DNA from: Candidatus Campbellbacteria bacterium
Lineage (GTDB): Bacteria > Patescibacteriota > Minisyncoccia > Phycocordibacterales > UBA1006
Reading direction: 5' to 3'
Assembly: GCA_002698305.1 (NCBI GenBank)
Contig: NZWR01000004.1
Location: forward strand, 164,161-228,160
DNA: 64,000 nt
Part shown: positions 56,442-64,000 of the stretch, piece after piece
Numbering within the stretch: the stretch's first letter is position 1
How the letters are laid out: each line of letters begins with the position of its first letter
Translations under genes and position numbers: made by a program
Notes under the pieces: generated by a model
The model's input: the letters and a program-made list of their open reading frames with translations, nothing else
Database searches by the model: none
What the model was told of the DNA's origin: nothing

Positions 56442-57002
56442 TTAGAGCTTTTTAATCTGCAAGAAATCAAGTTCAACCGGAGTTTCCCGACCAAACATAG
56501 ATACCAAAAGTTTAACTTTTCCGCGTTCAGTGTCAATGCCGCTAATCTTTCCTTCAAAGTCTGAAAAGGGTCCATCAGTAATCATAACGGTTTCATCAAT
56601 TTCATACTTAGAATCTTGTTCGATATTGGTGTTTTTTGCACGTGCAAAAATTGCATCAATTTCTTCTTGTTTTACTGGAACCGGGTCAGTTCCTCCTGCC
56701 CCAATAAATCCTGTTACTCGAGGCGTGTTTCGAACAATGAACCATGAGTCTTCGGTAACAATCATGTCTACCAAAACATACCCAGGGTAAATTCGTTCTT
56801 CTACCTCAACACGTTTCCCATTTTTAATCTTTACCTTTTTTTCAGTTGGCACCAAAACATCAAAAATAAGATCTTCTACCCCAAGAGATTCAATACGCTG
56901 ACGTAGATTTCGCTCAACCGCATTTTCATATCCAGCATAGGTATGAATCGCATACCAAGCGCGCTCACGTTTTATATCATTTTTATCAGTAATATCTGAC
57001 AT
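56442..57002 (-). CDS. nusG: Transcription termination/antitermination factor NusG
   Basis: An NGN domain (WYAIHTYAGYENAV) is followed by a KOW motif (GPFSDFEGKISGID). Confidence 0.93.
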   Translation of the reverse strand: MSDITDKNDIKRERAWYAIHTYAGYENAVERNLRQRIESLGVEDLIFDVLVPTEKKVKIKNGKRVEVEERIYPGYVLVDMIVTEDSWFIVRNTPRVTGFIGAGGTDPVPVKQEEIDAIFARAKNTNIEQDSKYEIDETVMITDGPFSDFEGKISGIDTERGKVKLLVSMFGRETPVELDFLQIKKL

Positions 57003-57006
57003 ATGA

Positions 57007-57180
57007 CTAGTTAATGAGAGCTTTCAACCCGTAATTAGTGAAGATGTAATCCCATAAACCAAGGTAGTACGCCACAAATAATGAGACAAGTACTACGATA
57101 AAGGTATACAGTGCTGTTGTGTTTTTATCTGGCCAAACTACTTTGTTGAGCTCGAGCCATACATTTTTAAGAAAATCCAT
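57007..57180 (-). CDS. secE: Preprotein translocase subunit SecE
   Basis: Manual translation gives MDFLKNVWLELNKVVWPDKNTTALYTFIVVLVSLFVAYYLGLWDYIFTNYGLKALIN* (57 aa). It has the ELxKVxWP motif and one TM helix, in the canonical position upstream of nusG. It is below the ORF-track cutoff. Confidence 0.85.
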   Translation of the reverse strand: MDFLKNVWLELNKVVWPDKNTTALYTFIVVLVSLFVAYYLGLWDYIFTNYGLKALIN

Positions 57181-57296
57181 AATATTATTTCTTCATGACT
57201 ATTAGCAATCATGTAAGTTAAAAACCCGTCGGGCTTTTCCTTCAGGGCTTTTATTGCTTTAAGTATATGTTTTTAACGTGTATAAGTCAATTACAC

Positions 57297-58121
57297 CTAT
57301 TTAATCTCGTACGTAATCGTTACACTTGAAGATATTTCATTTTCTCCTGTTGGAAGTTCTGGAGCAAAGTCTGCGTCATCCATAGCAAAACTTGCAGCCT
57401 CCATCCGTGCATACGGCTCTGGGTACCATCCTCCGTTGTTCTCGTTAAATGAAACAATATCACCTAAACGAACACCAAGATCTTTAGCTAAACGCCGTGC
57501 TTTTTCTTTCGCTTCGTCTATTGCTTGTTCTCGCGCTTCTTCTTGTAATTCTTCAGGCTTATCAATCTCAAAATTTGGACCATTGAGATTTTCAACACCC
57601 GTACCTCCTAACACGGCAAGGATATCAGGAATAGTATCAAAATCACGTGCAGTTACGGTAATTGACTGACTGACATCAAATCCTGTTTGTTTTCGGGTTC
57701 TATCATTTCCTGGGTAAAACTCTGTTCCGTCTACCGCAATATCAATGGCTGGCTTCACGGTTCTCACGTATTCATAGCGAGGAGTGATTCGATAGCTATT
57801 AGTTTTGATATCTTTTTCTTCAACCCCTGCCTCTTCAATGCCATCAAGAATACGTGACACTTTTTCGTTTATAGTTGCCTGTGCTTCTTCAGTTGATTTT
57901 GCATTTTCAAGGACGGTAAACGAGAAGCGCGCAACATCTGGAACCGCTGAAACATCAGCTGTTCCAGAAACACTAATCGTATTTTGTGGATAGTCATCAT
58001 TATTTTTCCAACTTATCGCTACCACAATGGCAATAATAGAAACAATAACAAGGAACAATGTTCCTGCATACATAAGTAAATTTTTTGCTGATATATTTTT
58101 CATAGTAGTCATAGTATACAT
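57297..58121 (-). CDS. SIMPL/DUF541 domain protein (periplasmic immunogenic-protein-like)
   Basis: A TM anchor is followed by ISVSGTADVSAVPDVARFSF...EEAREQAIDEAKEKARRLA. The start could also be ATG 58103 (MKNISAK). Confidence 0.7.
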   Translation of the reverse strand: MYTMTTMKNISAKNLLMYAGTLFLVIVSIIAIVVAISWKNNDDYPQNTISVSGTADVSAVPDVARFSFTVLENAKSTEEAQATINEKVSRILDGIEEAGVEEKDIKTNSYRITPRYEYVRTVKPAIDIAVDGTEFYPGNDRTRKQTGFDVSQSITVTARDFDTIPDILAVLGGTGVENLNGPNFEIDKPEELQEEAREQAIDEAKEKARRLAKDLGVRLGDIVSFNENNGGWYPEPYARMEAASFAMDDADFAPELPTGENEISSSVTITYEIK

Positions 58122-58822
58122 TAGTTTGTATATATTTTTTCAATATCTTTAGCACTGATAATATCTCGAGTCGTGTTTTCCTTAATTTCATTTGTATACA
58201 TTCTATAGGGGTCAATCACAATAGGGGGCGTATCCATTTTTCTAAATGAACACTGCAAGTAAAGTCCCGGGTGATTATCTCGGGACAAGCCTGATACCGA
58301 AGCTGTTCCAAGTTTGGTTTCAGTGGTGACGGGAATAATTGGATAACTTGCTAAGCTAATTTCTCTAAGCATTTTTTGATATGAACTAAAAGAAACAAGT
58401 GGTTTTTTAAGGTGGCAGTACATCGTATGGAACACATATCCATCTTCAGTAACAATATCAGGGTGAGAAATCAAGATATAGTGACCATTCGCTGCACCAT
58501 AGCCAGCATATTCAAGAATACCGTCACGCAAGGGATAGACCGCATCCTCATGCGACAAGTCAAAAGAGAGTCCAGCATGAAAATATTTTGCTTCTTTGGT
58601 AACGGGGTGTACTCGGTATCCAAAATAACCATAGGCTTCATTAATACAGGTATCCAGCTCTTTGTCTCGCACAGGTAAAGGCATGTCTATTGCAAAGAGA
58701 AAATTATATATGTCAGCCCAAAAGTCCTGATATTTCTCGTCAGGAATATGGTACGGCTTCTCATATAAAGGTCTGTTAGGGCGAGATTTTGTTGTGTGGG
58801 CGATCGGAGGAAGTGTAAACAT
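58121..58822 (-). CDS. M23 (LytM)-like peptidase-domain protein, divergent
   Basis: YFHAGLSFD...GILEYAGYGAANGHYILISHP...HTMYCHL resembles the HxxxD...HxH M23 layout. Confidence 0.45.
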   Translation of the reverse strand: MFTLPPIAHTTKSRPNRPLYEKPYHIPDEKYQDFWADIYNFLFAIDMPLPVRDKELDTCINEAYGYFGYRVHPVTKEAKYFHAGLSFDLSHEDAVYPLRDGILEYAGYGAANGHYILISHPDIVTEDGYVFHTMYCHLKKPLVSFSSYQKMLREISLASYPIIPVTTETKLGTASVSGLSRDNHPGLYLQCSFRKMDTPPIVIDPYRMYTNEIKENTTRDIISAKDIEKIYTN

Positions 58823-58829
58823 AGTTGTA

Positions 58830-59843
58830 TTATAAAATAATTACCTCAGGCTCTAAAGTAATCCCAAACATATTTTTAGTTTTCTTTTGAAGTTTGTGTA
58901 TAAATTCTCGTACCTCTTTTCCTGTCGCGGTACCATCATGAGCAATAACAAGCGCATGATTGTGGTACGTTCCAACTGTTTTTCCTTCTGGGATACCTTT
59001 GTATCCGAGCGTTTCTATGATCCATGCTGCGGGTATTTTTACTTTGTTATCTCCAATCTCATAAAAAGGAATGGTTGGGTATTTTTTTTGAATATCACTA
59101 AGTAACTGCTCTGAAATAACTGGGTTTTTAAAGAAGCTGCCAGCCATACCAATACTTCCAACATCAGGAAGCTTTGATCGTCGTATCTCAGTAATCGTAC
59201 TCGTGATATCTTTGAGAGATGGGGTACTAATGTCTTTGCGCGCAAGCTCTGCCGAGACGGTACCGTAATTAAGAACGGGTTGTGGTGATGTTAATAACTT
59301 AAAGCTAACTGAAATAATAAGCCACTGTGGATGTTGTTTGAAGAAACTATTACGATAGGTAAATTGACACTCATTATTTGAAAAATTCCTATGCTCTCCT
59401 GTTGCCAAATGAATGGCCTCAACATTACTAATAGTATCTTTTGCTTCTACCCCATAGGCACCGATATTCTGAACAGCTGATGCTCCTACTGTCCCAGGAA
59501 TGAGTACAAGGTTTTCAATACCCCATAGATTATGGTCGCAGGCATACCCAACAAATTCATGCCATGACTCGCTCGCTGCTACTTTTATTATCTGATACTC
59601 ACTCGTCTTTTCGACAATTTCTTTTCCGAAAAAATTAGGAGCTATGATGGTTCCTTTGTACTCGTCAGTAAAAAGTACGTTACTTCCACCGCCAAGAATA
59701 AAATAATCAGATTCAGCAAGTAAGCCGGTAGCAATAAGCCCCTGAACATCAGAAATACTTGAAACTTCTACATAGCTGCGAGCAACTGCCGGGACCATGA
59801 AACTCGTTTTGTCTTTTAATTGTACATTTTTGTGTACCTTCAT
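58830..59843 (-). CDS. murB: UDP-N-acetylenolpyruvoylglucosamine reductase
   Basis: An FAD-binding domain (ILGGGSNVLF), with AGSFFKNP and the MurB C-terminal domain. Confidence 0.9.
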   Translation of the reverse strand: MKVHKNVQLKDKTSFMVPAVARSYVEVSSISDVQGLIATGLLAESDYFILGGGSNVLFTDEYKGTIIAPNFFGKEIVEKTSEYQIIKVAASESWHEFVGYACDHNLWGIENLVLIPGTVGASAVQNIGAYGVEAKDTISNVEAIHLATGEHRNFSNNECQFTYRNSFFKQHPQWLIISVSFKLLTSPQPVLNYGTVSAELARKDISTPSLKDITSTITEIRRSKLPDVGSIGMAGSFFKNPVISEQLLSDIQKKYPTIPFYEIGDNKVKIPAAWIIETLGYKGIPEGKTVGTYHNHALVIAHDGTATGKEVREFIHKLQKKTKNMFGITLEPEVIIL

Positions 59844-59894
59844 ATCTTTATTGTAGTCAGTTTTCGAAAAAGAAAAAACCTTTTCAGGAAGTTC

Positions 59895-60593
59895 TTATTC
59901 AGTAGGGACCGTTATCGGCTCTCCTTCTTGATTGTTAATTGTGACTTCTACTTCAAGTAGATTTTCTGCAATAAATTCATTAAGATCAACTCGCTCTCCG
60001 TTATATACGAAACTTGGTGTTCCAGATAATTGTAGTTCTGTCGCTTCATCGTAATTTTCATTCACGCGATCTTTAATATCGTCTGAATTTAAATCGTAAC
60101 GGAACCGGTCAACATTGAGACCAAGCTCTTGTGCATATTCTCGGAAGTATCGTTCTGGATTAAATGATTGTGACCATTCAGATTGTTTTTCAAAAAGAAG
60201 ATCATGCATTTCCCAAAACATTCCCTGATTTGCTGCTGCCTCTGAAGCCTGTGCAGCAAGTTGTGCATTCGGATGAATGCTTCTCAGTGGAAAATGTTTG
60301 TATTCTACAGCCAGTCGTTCACTATAGCTTTCTACAATTGAAGTTACTTGCGGTGCAGCAGCTTTACATGATGGACATTGAAAGTCTGAGAATTCAGTAA
60401 TAATAAATTCTGCTTCAGGATTTCCTTTGATGTGTGGTCCGTCTGCTTCAACCGTGATGGCTGCAACTGCGGCTTCATCAATCGGCTCATCATTGTTTGA
60501 AACAACAAATGAAATAATAATAAGTACGATTACGGCGATAATTCCGCCCGTCCAAAGTCGTTTGTTACGACGTTTTTTTGATGTATTTCCCAT
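59895..60593 (-). CDS. DsbA-family thioredoxin-fold thiol:disulfide oxidoreductase, membrane-anchored
   Basis: A TM anchor precedes the FSDFQCPSCK (CxxC) active site. Start at ATG 60593. Confidence 0.8.
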   Translation of the reverse strand: MGNTSKKRRNKRLWTGGIIAVIVLIIISFVVSNNDEPIDEAAVAAITVEADGPHIKGNPEAEFIITEFSDFQCPSCKAAAPQVTSIVESYSERLAVEYKHFPLRSIHPNAQLAAQASEAAANQGMFWEMHDLLFEKQSEWSQSFNPERYFREYAQELGLNVDRFRYDLNSDDIKDRVNENYDEATELQLSGTPSFVYNGERVDLNEFIAENLLEVEVTINNQEGEPITVPTE

Positions 60594-60629
60594 ATAGATA
60601 CCAGTATAGTTTGGAAGCACGTTTTTGCA

Positions 60630-60660
60630 ACAAAAAAACCCTCGCCTTTAGGCGAGGGTT
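60630..60660 (-). terminator. Strong rho-independent terminator immediately upstream of the DsbA-like gene
   Basis: Minus strand: AACCCTCGCC-taaa-GGCGAGGGTT followed by TTTTTGTTG. Confidence 0.8.
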
Positions 60661-60872
60661 AACTATCATTGCTTAGGACCGTTATAATTACGGCCGGGGT
60701 TCTCTTGTTTTAAAATTTTTGAGTCGCCCAGACTTATACGATAGTAATTCAAAATTTAATCTATCAGGTGAACTGTTGCACTCCTTAAAGAATTGACTGT
60801 TTCCAAGCCAACATTTCTAGTTCTCAGCGAGGGACGCCATAAATAATTAATTTAAAAGATGCCTTCCATGCT
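60661..60872 (-). other. About 210 nt of apparently non-coding sequence, a candidate structured leader or small RNA ending at the 60630-60660 terminator
   Basis: I found no ORF longer than about 10 codons. Local hairpins are present (e.g. GGCCGT-aattata-ACGGTCC at ~60688-60707). The upstream CCCTCGC (60832-60826) repeats the 5' arm of the terminator. Confidence 0.3.
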
Positions 60873-61058
60873 TCAGTGTGCACTGTAGCAAAAAATAATA
60901 CTGAATAATAGAAGTATTGATACACAAACGAGCCCTAATCGATCCCATCTAAAATATTTTTCTTCATGATGGTATGCACCGAATCTCACTTCCCATATAT
61001 CATTTTCATCTTTTCTAAACCAAAATTTCTGCCATTTATTTTCCATAAACAAGAACAT
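60873..61058 (-). CDS. Small hypothetical membrane protein
   Basis: 61 aa with a C-terminal TM segment (LGLVCVSILLLFSIIFCY). Coding status is uncertain. Confidence 0.3.
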   Translation of the reverse strand: MFLFMENKWQKFWFRKDENDIWEVRFGAYHHEEKYFRWDRLGLVCVSILLLFSIIFCYSAH

Positions 61059-61082
61059 TAATTTTTTCTATTATCAATAAAT

Positions 61083-61113
61083 AAAAAACAAAAGTCAACG
61101 ACTTTTGTTTTTT
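61083..61113 (-). terminator. Hairpin terminator overlapping the tyrS stop
   Basis: AAAAAACAAAAGTC-aac-GACTTTTGTTTTTT. Confidence 0.65.
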
Positions 61114-62287
61114 ATTTAATCTTAAACCAGCGTTTCTTACCAATCTGAATGGTATCTCCTGATTTCAGAATGTCTTCTTCATTGAGCTTTTCTCCTTCGC
61201 GCTTTACAGCACCCTCTTTCAGTGAACGTCGTATTTGGGATTTGCTTTCACCTGCTCCGTCAGCAAGGGTCTCAACAATATCAGATTTCAATGCAATGTC
61301 TGGAATATCATCTGGTGTGTTGTCTTGTTGAACATCATTAATCCAAGCTTCTTTGGCGGCTATAGCCTCATCTTCTGAATGGAATTGTGTCACAATAGCT
61401 TTAGCTAAATCAAATTTTACATCACGCGGATTTTCCCCTGAATCAAGCCGCTCTTGTATTTTACGCAAATCAACACTCGTCAAAAGCTCAAACCCATTCA
61501 CAATCATACCGTCAGACCAGGTCATAATTTTTTTAAATTTCTCATCGGCTGAATCAAGAAAGGACAACATGTTTCCGGTTGTCTTTCCCATTTTCTCTCC
61601 GTTATTATCAACCAAAAGCTTCATTGGAATAACAAACTTTTCTTTTCCGTCAGGTTGATTTTTCAACAAATCACGTCCAACCAGCATATTAAAGGTCTGG
61701 TCGTTTCCTCCAACCTCACCATCAACATTCATGGCTACTGAATCATAGCCCTGCATCAATGGGTACATAAATTCATGAATGTATACCGGTGTCCCAGCAT
61801 CAACGCGGCGCCGAAACATATCACGATCAAGCATACGCTGAACAGTCATTTGAGAAGCTAGATTTAAAACATCAGCAAAATTCATTTGATCGAGCCATTC
61901 TCCGTTATATTTGAGCTCTGCTGGATTATCGCCCTCAAAGTCAAGCACCGCTGCTGCCTGGTCTTTGTATAATGTTGCATTCTCAAGCACTTCCGTGTGG
62001 GTCAATACGGCACGTGCCTGTGATTTATCTGGGTCACCAATCCGCGCAGTAAAATCCCCAATAAGCAAAATAATTTTATGTCCCAATTTTTGTATTTGAG
62101 CTAGTTTTGTCAACGCAACCATATGCCCCATATGCAGCGTAGGGCCGGTTGGATCAATACCAAGATACACGGTTAGCTGTTCACCAGAATTAAGGCGGGC
62201 GCGCAGAAAATCTTCATTTGGAAAAACTCTCTCAACGCCGCGCGTAACCACCGTTTCTATCATGTGCTTATCAGTAGAAATATTCAT
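61112..62287 (-). CDS. tyrS: Tyrosyl-tRNA synthetase
   Basis: PTGPTLHMGH (HIGH), KMGKT (KMSKS) and a C-terminal S4-like domain. Confidence 0.93.
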   Translation of the reverse strand: MNISTDKHMIETVVTRGVERVFPNEDFLRARLNSGEQLTVYLGIDPTGPTLHMGHMVALTKLAQIQKLGHKIILLIGDFTARIGDPDKSQARAVLTHTEVLENATLYKDQAAAVLDFEGDNPAELKYNGEWLDQMNFADVLNLASQMTVQRMLDRDMFRRRVDAGTPVYIHEFMYPLMQGYDSVAMNVDGEVGGNDQTFNMLVGRDLLKNQPDGKEKFVIPMKLLVDNNGEKMGKTTGNMLSFLDSADEKFKKIMTWSDGMIVNGFELLTSVDLRKIQERLDSGENPRDVKFDLAKAIVTQFHSEDEAIAAKEAWINDVQQDNTPDDIPDIALKSDIVETLADGAGESKSQIRRSLKEGAVKREGEKLNEEDILKSGDTIQIGKKRWFKIK

Positions 62288-62384
62288 ACTGTTAGTATAA
62301 CGATTAGCTCTTATTACTCAAACCATCAGTGGATTTATGCTTTTTAAAAAATGATGGTATAATCAAAAAAATAAATTATTTAAT

Positions 62385-62858
62385 ATGGTAGAAGTTAAAA
62401 CTAAAGTAGACTCTAACGGCTCTTACAAAGCTATTAAAGAGTGGCCAGAGTTAAAGTGTTATGAAGAAATTTCAGCAAACAAAATTTCTCATAGAGTCTT
62501 CAAAAAAGACCATTGCCATAACACCTTGTTCTGCAGAAATTTGCTTTTTTGTAGATGTGTAAATAATCTATGGCACAGTATTCTATCACGCTATAAAAAA
62601 AGTCTTGCAGAGAAGTGGTATATTGATGAGATTATTTTTTTCAATGGAAACTATATCAAGAATGGGGAGCATTTTTTTGAAATAACTTTTGGGTATAACT
62701 CAAGTAACAAAATCAATGCTATTGTTGTTACTACTCTTCATGACAGAAAGTCAGCGCACATGGAAGGTTTCGATCTTTCATTCAAGGATGACCTAGATGG
62801 ATTCGTATATATTTATTATACAAAAAACATATCGGTCTTAACGCTAAAAAGTAAATGA
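62385..62858 (+). CDS. Hypothetical protein (Cys/His-rich N-terminal half)
   Basis: 157-aa AT-rich ORF followed by a strong terminator. Confidence 0.4.
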   Translation: MVEVKTKVDSNGSYKAIKEWPELKCYEEISANKISHRVFKKDHCHNTLFCRNLLFCRCVNNLWHSILSRYKKSLAEKWYIDEIIFFNGNYIKNGEHFFEITFGYNSSNKINAIVVTTLHDRKSAHMEGFDLSFKDDLDGFVYIYYTKNISVLTLKSK

Positions 62859-62860
62859 TT

Positions 62861-62892
62861 AAATTCCGCAAGTAAAGCTTGCGGAATTTTTT
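62861..62892. terminator. Bidirectional hairpin terminator
   Basis: AAATTCCGCAAG-taaag-CTTGCGGAATTT followed by TTT. Confidence 0.85.
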
Positions 62893-64000
62893 ATAACCGG
62901 CTTGTATCGCGAGGTACAAATAAATTACGAATCCATTCACCTAAGATGGCAATTCTTTTACGCCAGAAACCAAAGAGTATCCAGTAGACACTTCGCCATA
63001 CCAGCCAAGCAAAGACTCCTTTTACCTTAAACCCATTCACCTGTCCGATAGCATCAAATGAACCCAGTGATGCCAAAAGCCCTTTTTCTTTGTAGGTAAA
63101 TTCCTTTAGTTCTTTCCCTCTCATAAGTGCTACAAGATTATTCCCTGCACATTCACCCTGCTGGTGAGCAACCTGGGCTGTCATAGGAAGACCTCGTCCA
63201 TCTTCTGTTGGAAACAGTGCCATATCCCCGACCACAAAAACATTGTCATTATTTTTAGCCTGCAGTGTTCTTTTCGTAAAAATACGTCCACGCTCTTTTT
63301 CAAACGAGCCGCACTCACAGGTTAAATCAATCGCTGAAACACCGGCCGTCCAAATAATCGTATAGGCTGTTAATGCTTCCCCCTCTGCGGTGATAGCCTT
63401 ACCCTCCTGAACTTCGTTAATACGCACATTATTAGATATTCTAATATGGTTCTGTTCTAAAGATTTTTGAGCGTACGCACTTAATGATTCATCAAACATC
63501 TGGAGGATGCGCGGTCCTCCATTCACGATATGTAGACTTACCTCATCTCTTGTAATACGAGGGTGTTGTTTTAACAAAGTATTGAATAGCAGTTCTCCCA
63601 TTTCTCCAGCAAGCTCGGCCCCTGTTGGTCCTGCCCCAACGACCATAAACGACAGTAGCTGTGCTCGCTCTTCTTTTGATTCTATCTGTGACGCTTGCTC
63701 AAAAACATCAATACAAATATTTCTAATAGCTACAGCATCTTCTAGATGTTTAAGAACCAGGCAGTGCTCTTCTGCTCCCGGTGTGCCATAAAAGAATGTT
63801 TCTGCTCCAAGAGCTGAAATCAAATAATCATATTCAATATCCTCTCCTTCAAGTGAAACTATTTGGGTATCGGTATTTACTTTTACGACCTTTTTATTTA
63901 TGAAGCGAGTGTCTTTGTGAAGAATGTCCCGCAGCGGTGCAACAATGCTATGCTGATCGAGACTTGATCCTGCTACTTCGGGCAATAATGGGGTGAAAAG
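62891..64000 (-). CDS. ndh: Type II NADH dehydrogenase (NDH-2) / FAD-dependent pyridine nucleotide-disulfide oxidoreductase (partial; N-terminus beyond window end)
   Basis: The frame is open to 64000 (…FTPLLPEVAGSS...). An NAD-binding MVVGAGPTGAELAGE is present, with a GDMA motif and a C-terminal membrane-association helix. Confidence 0.8.
   Translation of the reverse strand, partial: LFTPLLPEVAGSSLDQHSIVAPLRDILHKDTRFINKKVVKVNTDTQIVSLEGEDIEYDYLISALGAETFFYGTPGAEEHCLVLKHLEDAVAIRNICIDVFEQASQIESKEERAQLLSFMVVGAGPTGAELAGEMGELLFNTLLKQHPRITRDEVSLHIVNGGPRILQMFDESLSAYAQKSLEQNHIRISNNVRINEVQEGKAITAEGEALTAYTIIWTAGVSAIDLTCECGSFEKERGRIFTKRTLQAKNNDNVFVVGDMALFPTEDGRGLPMTAQVAHQQGECAGNNLVALMRGKELKEFTYKEKGLLASLGSFDAIGQVNGFKVKGVFAWLVWRSVYWILFGFWRKRIAILGEWIRNLFVPRDTSRL

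Noticed and set aside
60740-60835. Possible TPP (THI-box) riboswitch, because the minus strand contains CTGAGA and ACCTGAT
   Set aside because: The two motifs are ~57 nt apart instead of ~15 nt. The expected GGGG...ACCC P2 pairing and the downstream ...TAATGCCAGCG...AGGGA segment are absent. The downstream gene (DsbA-like) has no link to thiamine.
1-64000. CRISPR arrays, IS elements/transposases, integrases, rRNA
   Set aside because: I saw no regularly spaced direct repeats, no DDE/serine/tyrosine recombinase-like ORFs and no rRNA-like conserved stretches while reading the window. The only repeats are short local inverted or direct repeats, reported above.
1-64000. Alternative genetic code (UGA recoding, as in Gracilibacteria/Absconditabacteria)
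   Set aside because: All conserved genes (ribosomal proteins, EF-Tu, five aaRS, ThyA, GlyA and others) are full-length under the standard bacterial code without in-frame stops, so nothing suggests stop-codon reassignment.

Overview
This is a 64-kb, gene-dense bacterial chromosomal segment with about 75 protein genes, most on the minus strand, and moderate AT-richness. Housekeeping genes dominate. They include fragments of the ribosomal-protein superoperon (rpsL-rpsG; tuf-rpsJ-rplC-rplD-rplW-rplB; rpsF-ssb-rpsR; secE-nusG-rplK; rpmB) and five aminoacyl-tRNA synthetases (Met, Gly, Ile, Arg, Tyr). DNA uptake and repair genes are present (split ComEC, RecJ, RecO-like, SSB, TatD), as is a complete dTMP-synthesis supercluster (tmk, MazG-like, thyA, glyA, dut, dCMP deaminase, folA), plus envelope enzymes and transporters. 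The organisation resembles a reduced Patescibacteria/CPR-type genome, which is an inference: type IV pilin-like genes, rplK not followed by rplA, rpsR not followed by rplI, and many short lineage-specific ORFs. Strong hairpin terminators sit at nearly every convergent gene junction. I recognised no rRNA, tRNA, CRISPR array, transposase or integrase. All conserved genes are intact under the standard code. Best candidates for new biology: (1) An AT-rich three-gene module at 30193-32369 combines a SAM methyltransferase, a second divergent ThyA-family enzyme carrying the Asn-to-Asp cytosine-specificity switch, and a LOG/SLOG-type nucleotide N-glycosidase-like protein. I read it as a candidate modified-cytosine pathway separate from the canonical thyA cluster. 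(2) The IleRS catalytic core carries an in-frame insertion of about 200 aa that is an apparently intact histidine-phosphatase (PGM-family) domain. (3) Ribosomal protein S6 is fused to an acidic linker and a helix-hairpin-helix module. (4) A C7 homopolymer splits a secreted-protein gene. (5) Two ATP-grasp ligases are divergently transcribed. (6) A roughly 210-nt non-coding leader or sRNA candidate ends in a strong terminator just upstream of a DsbA-like gene.
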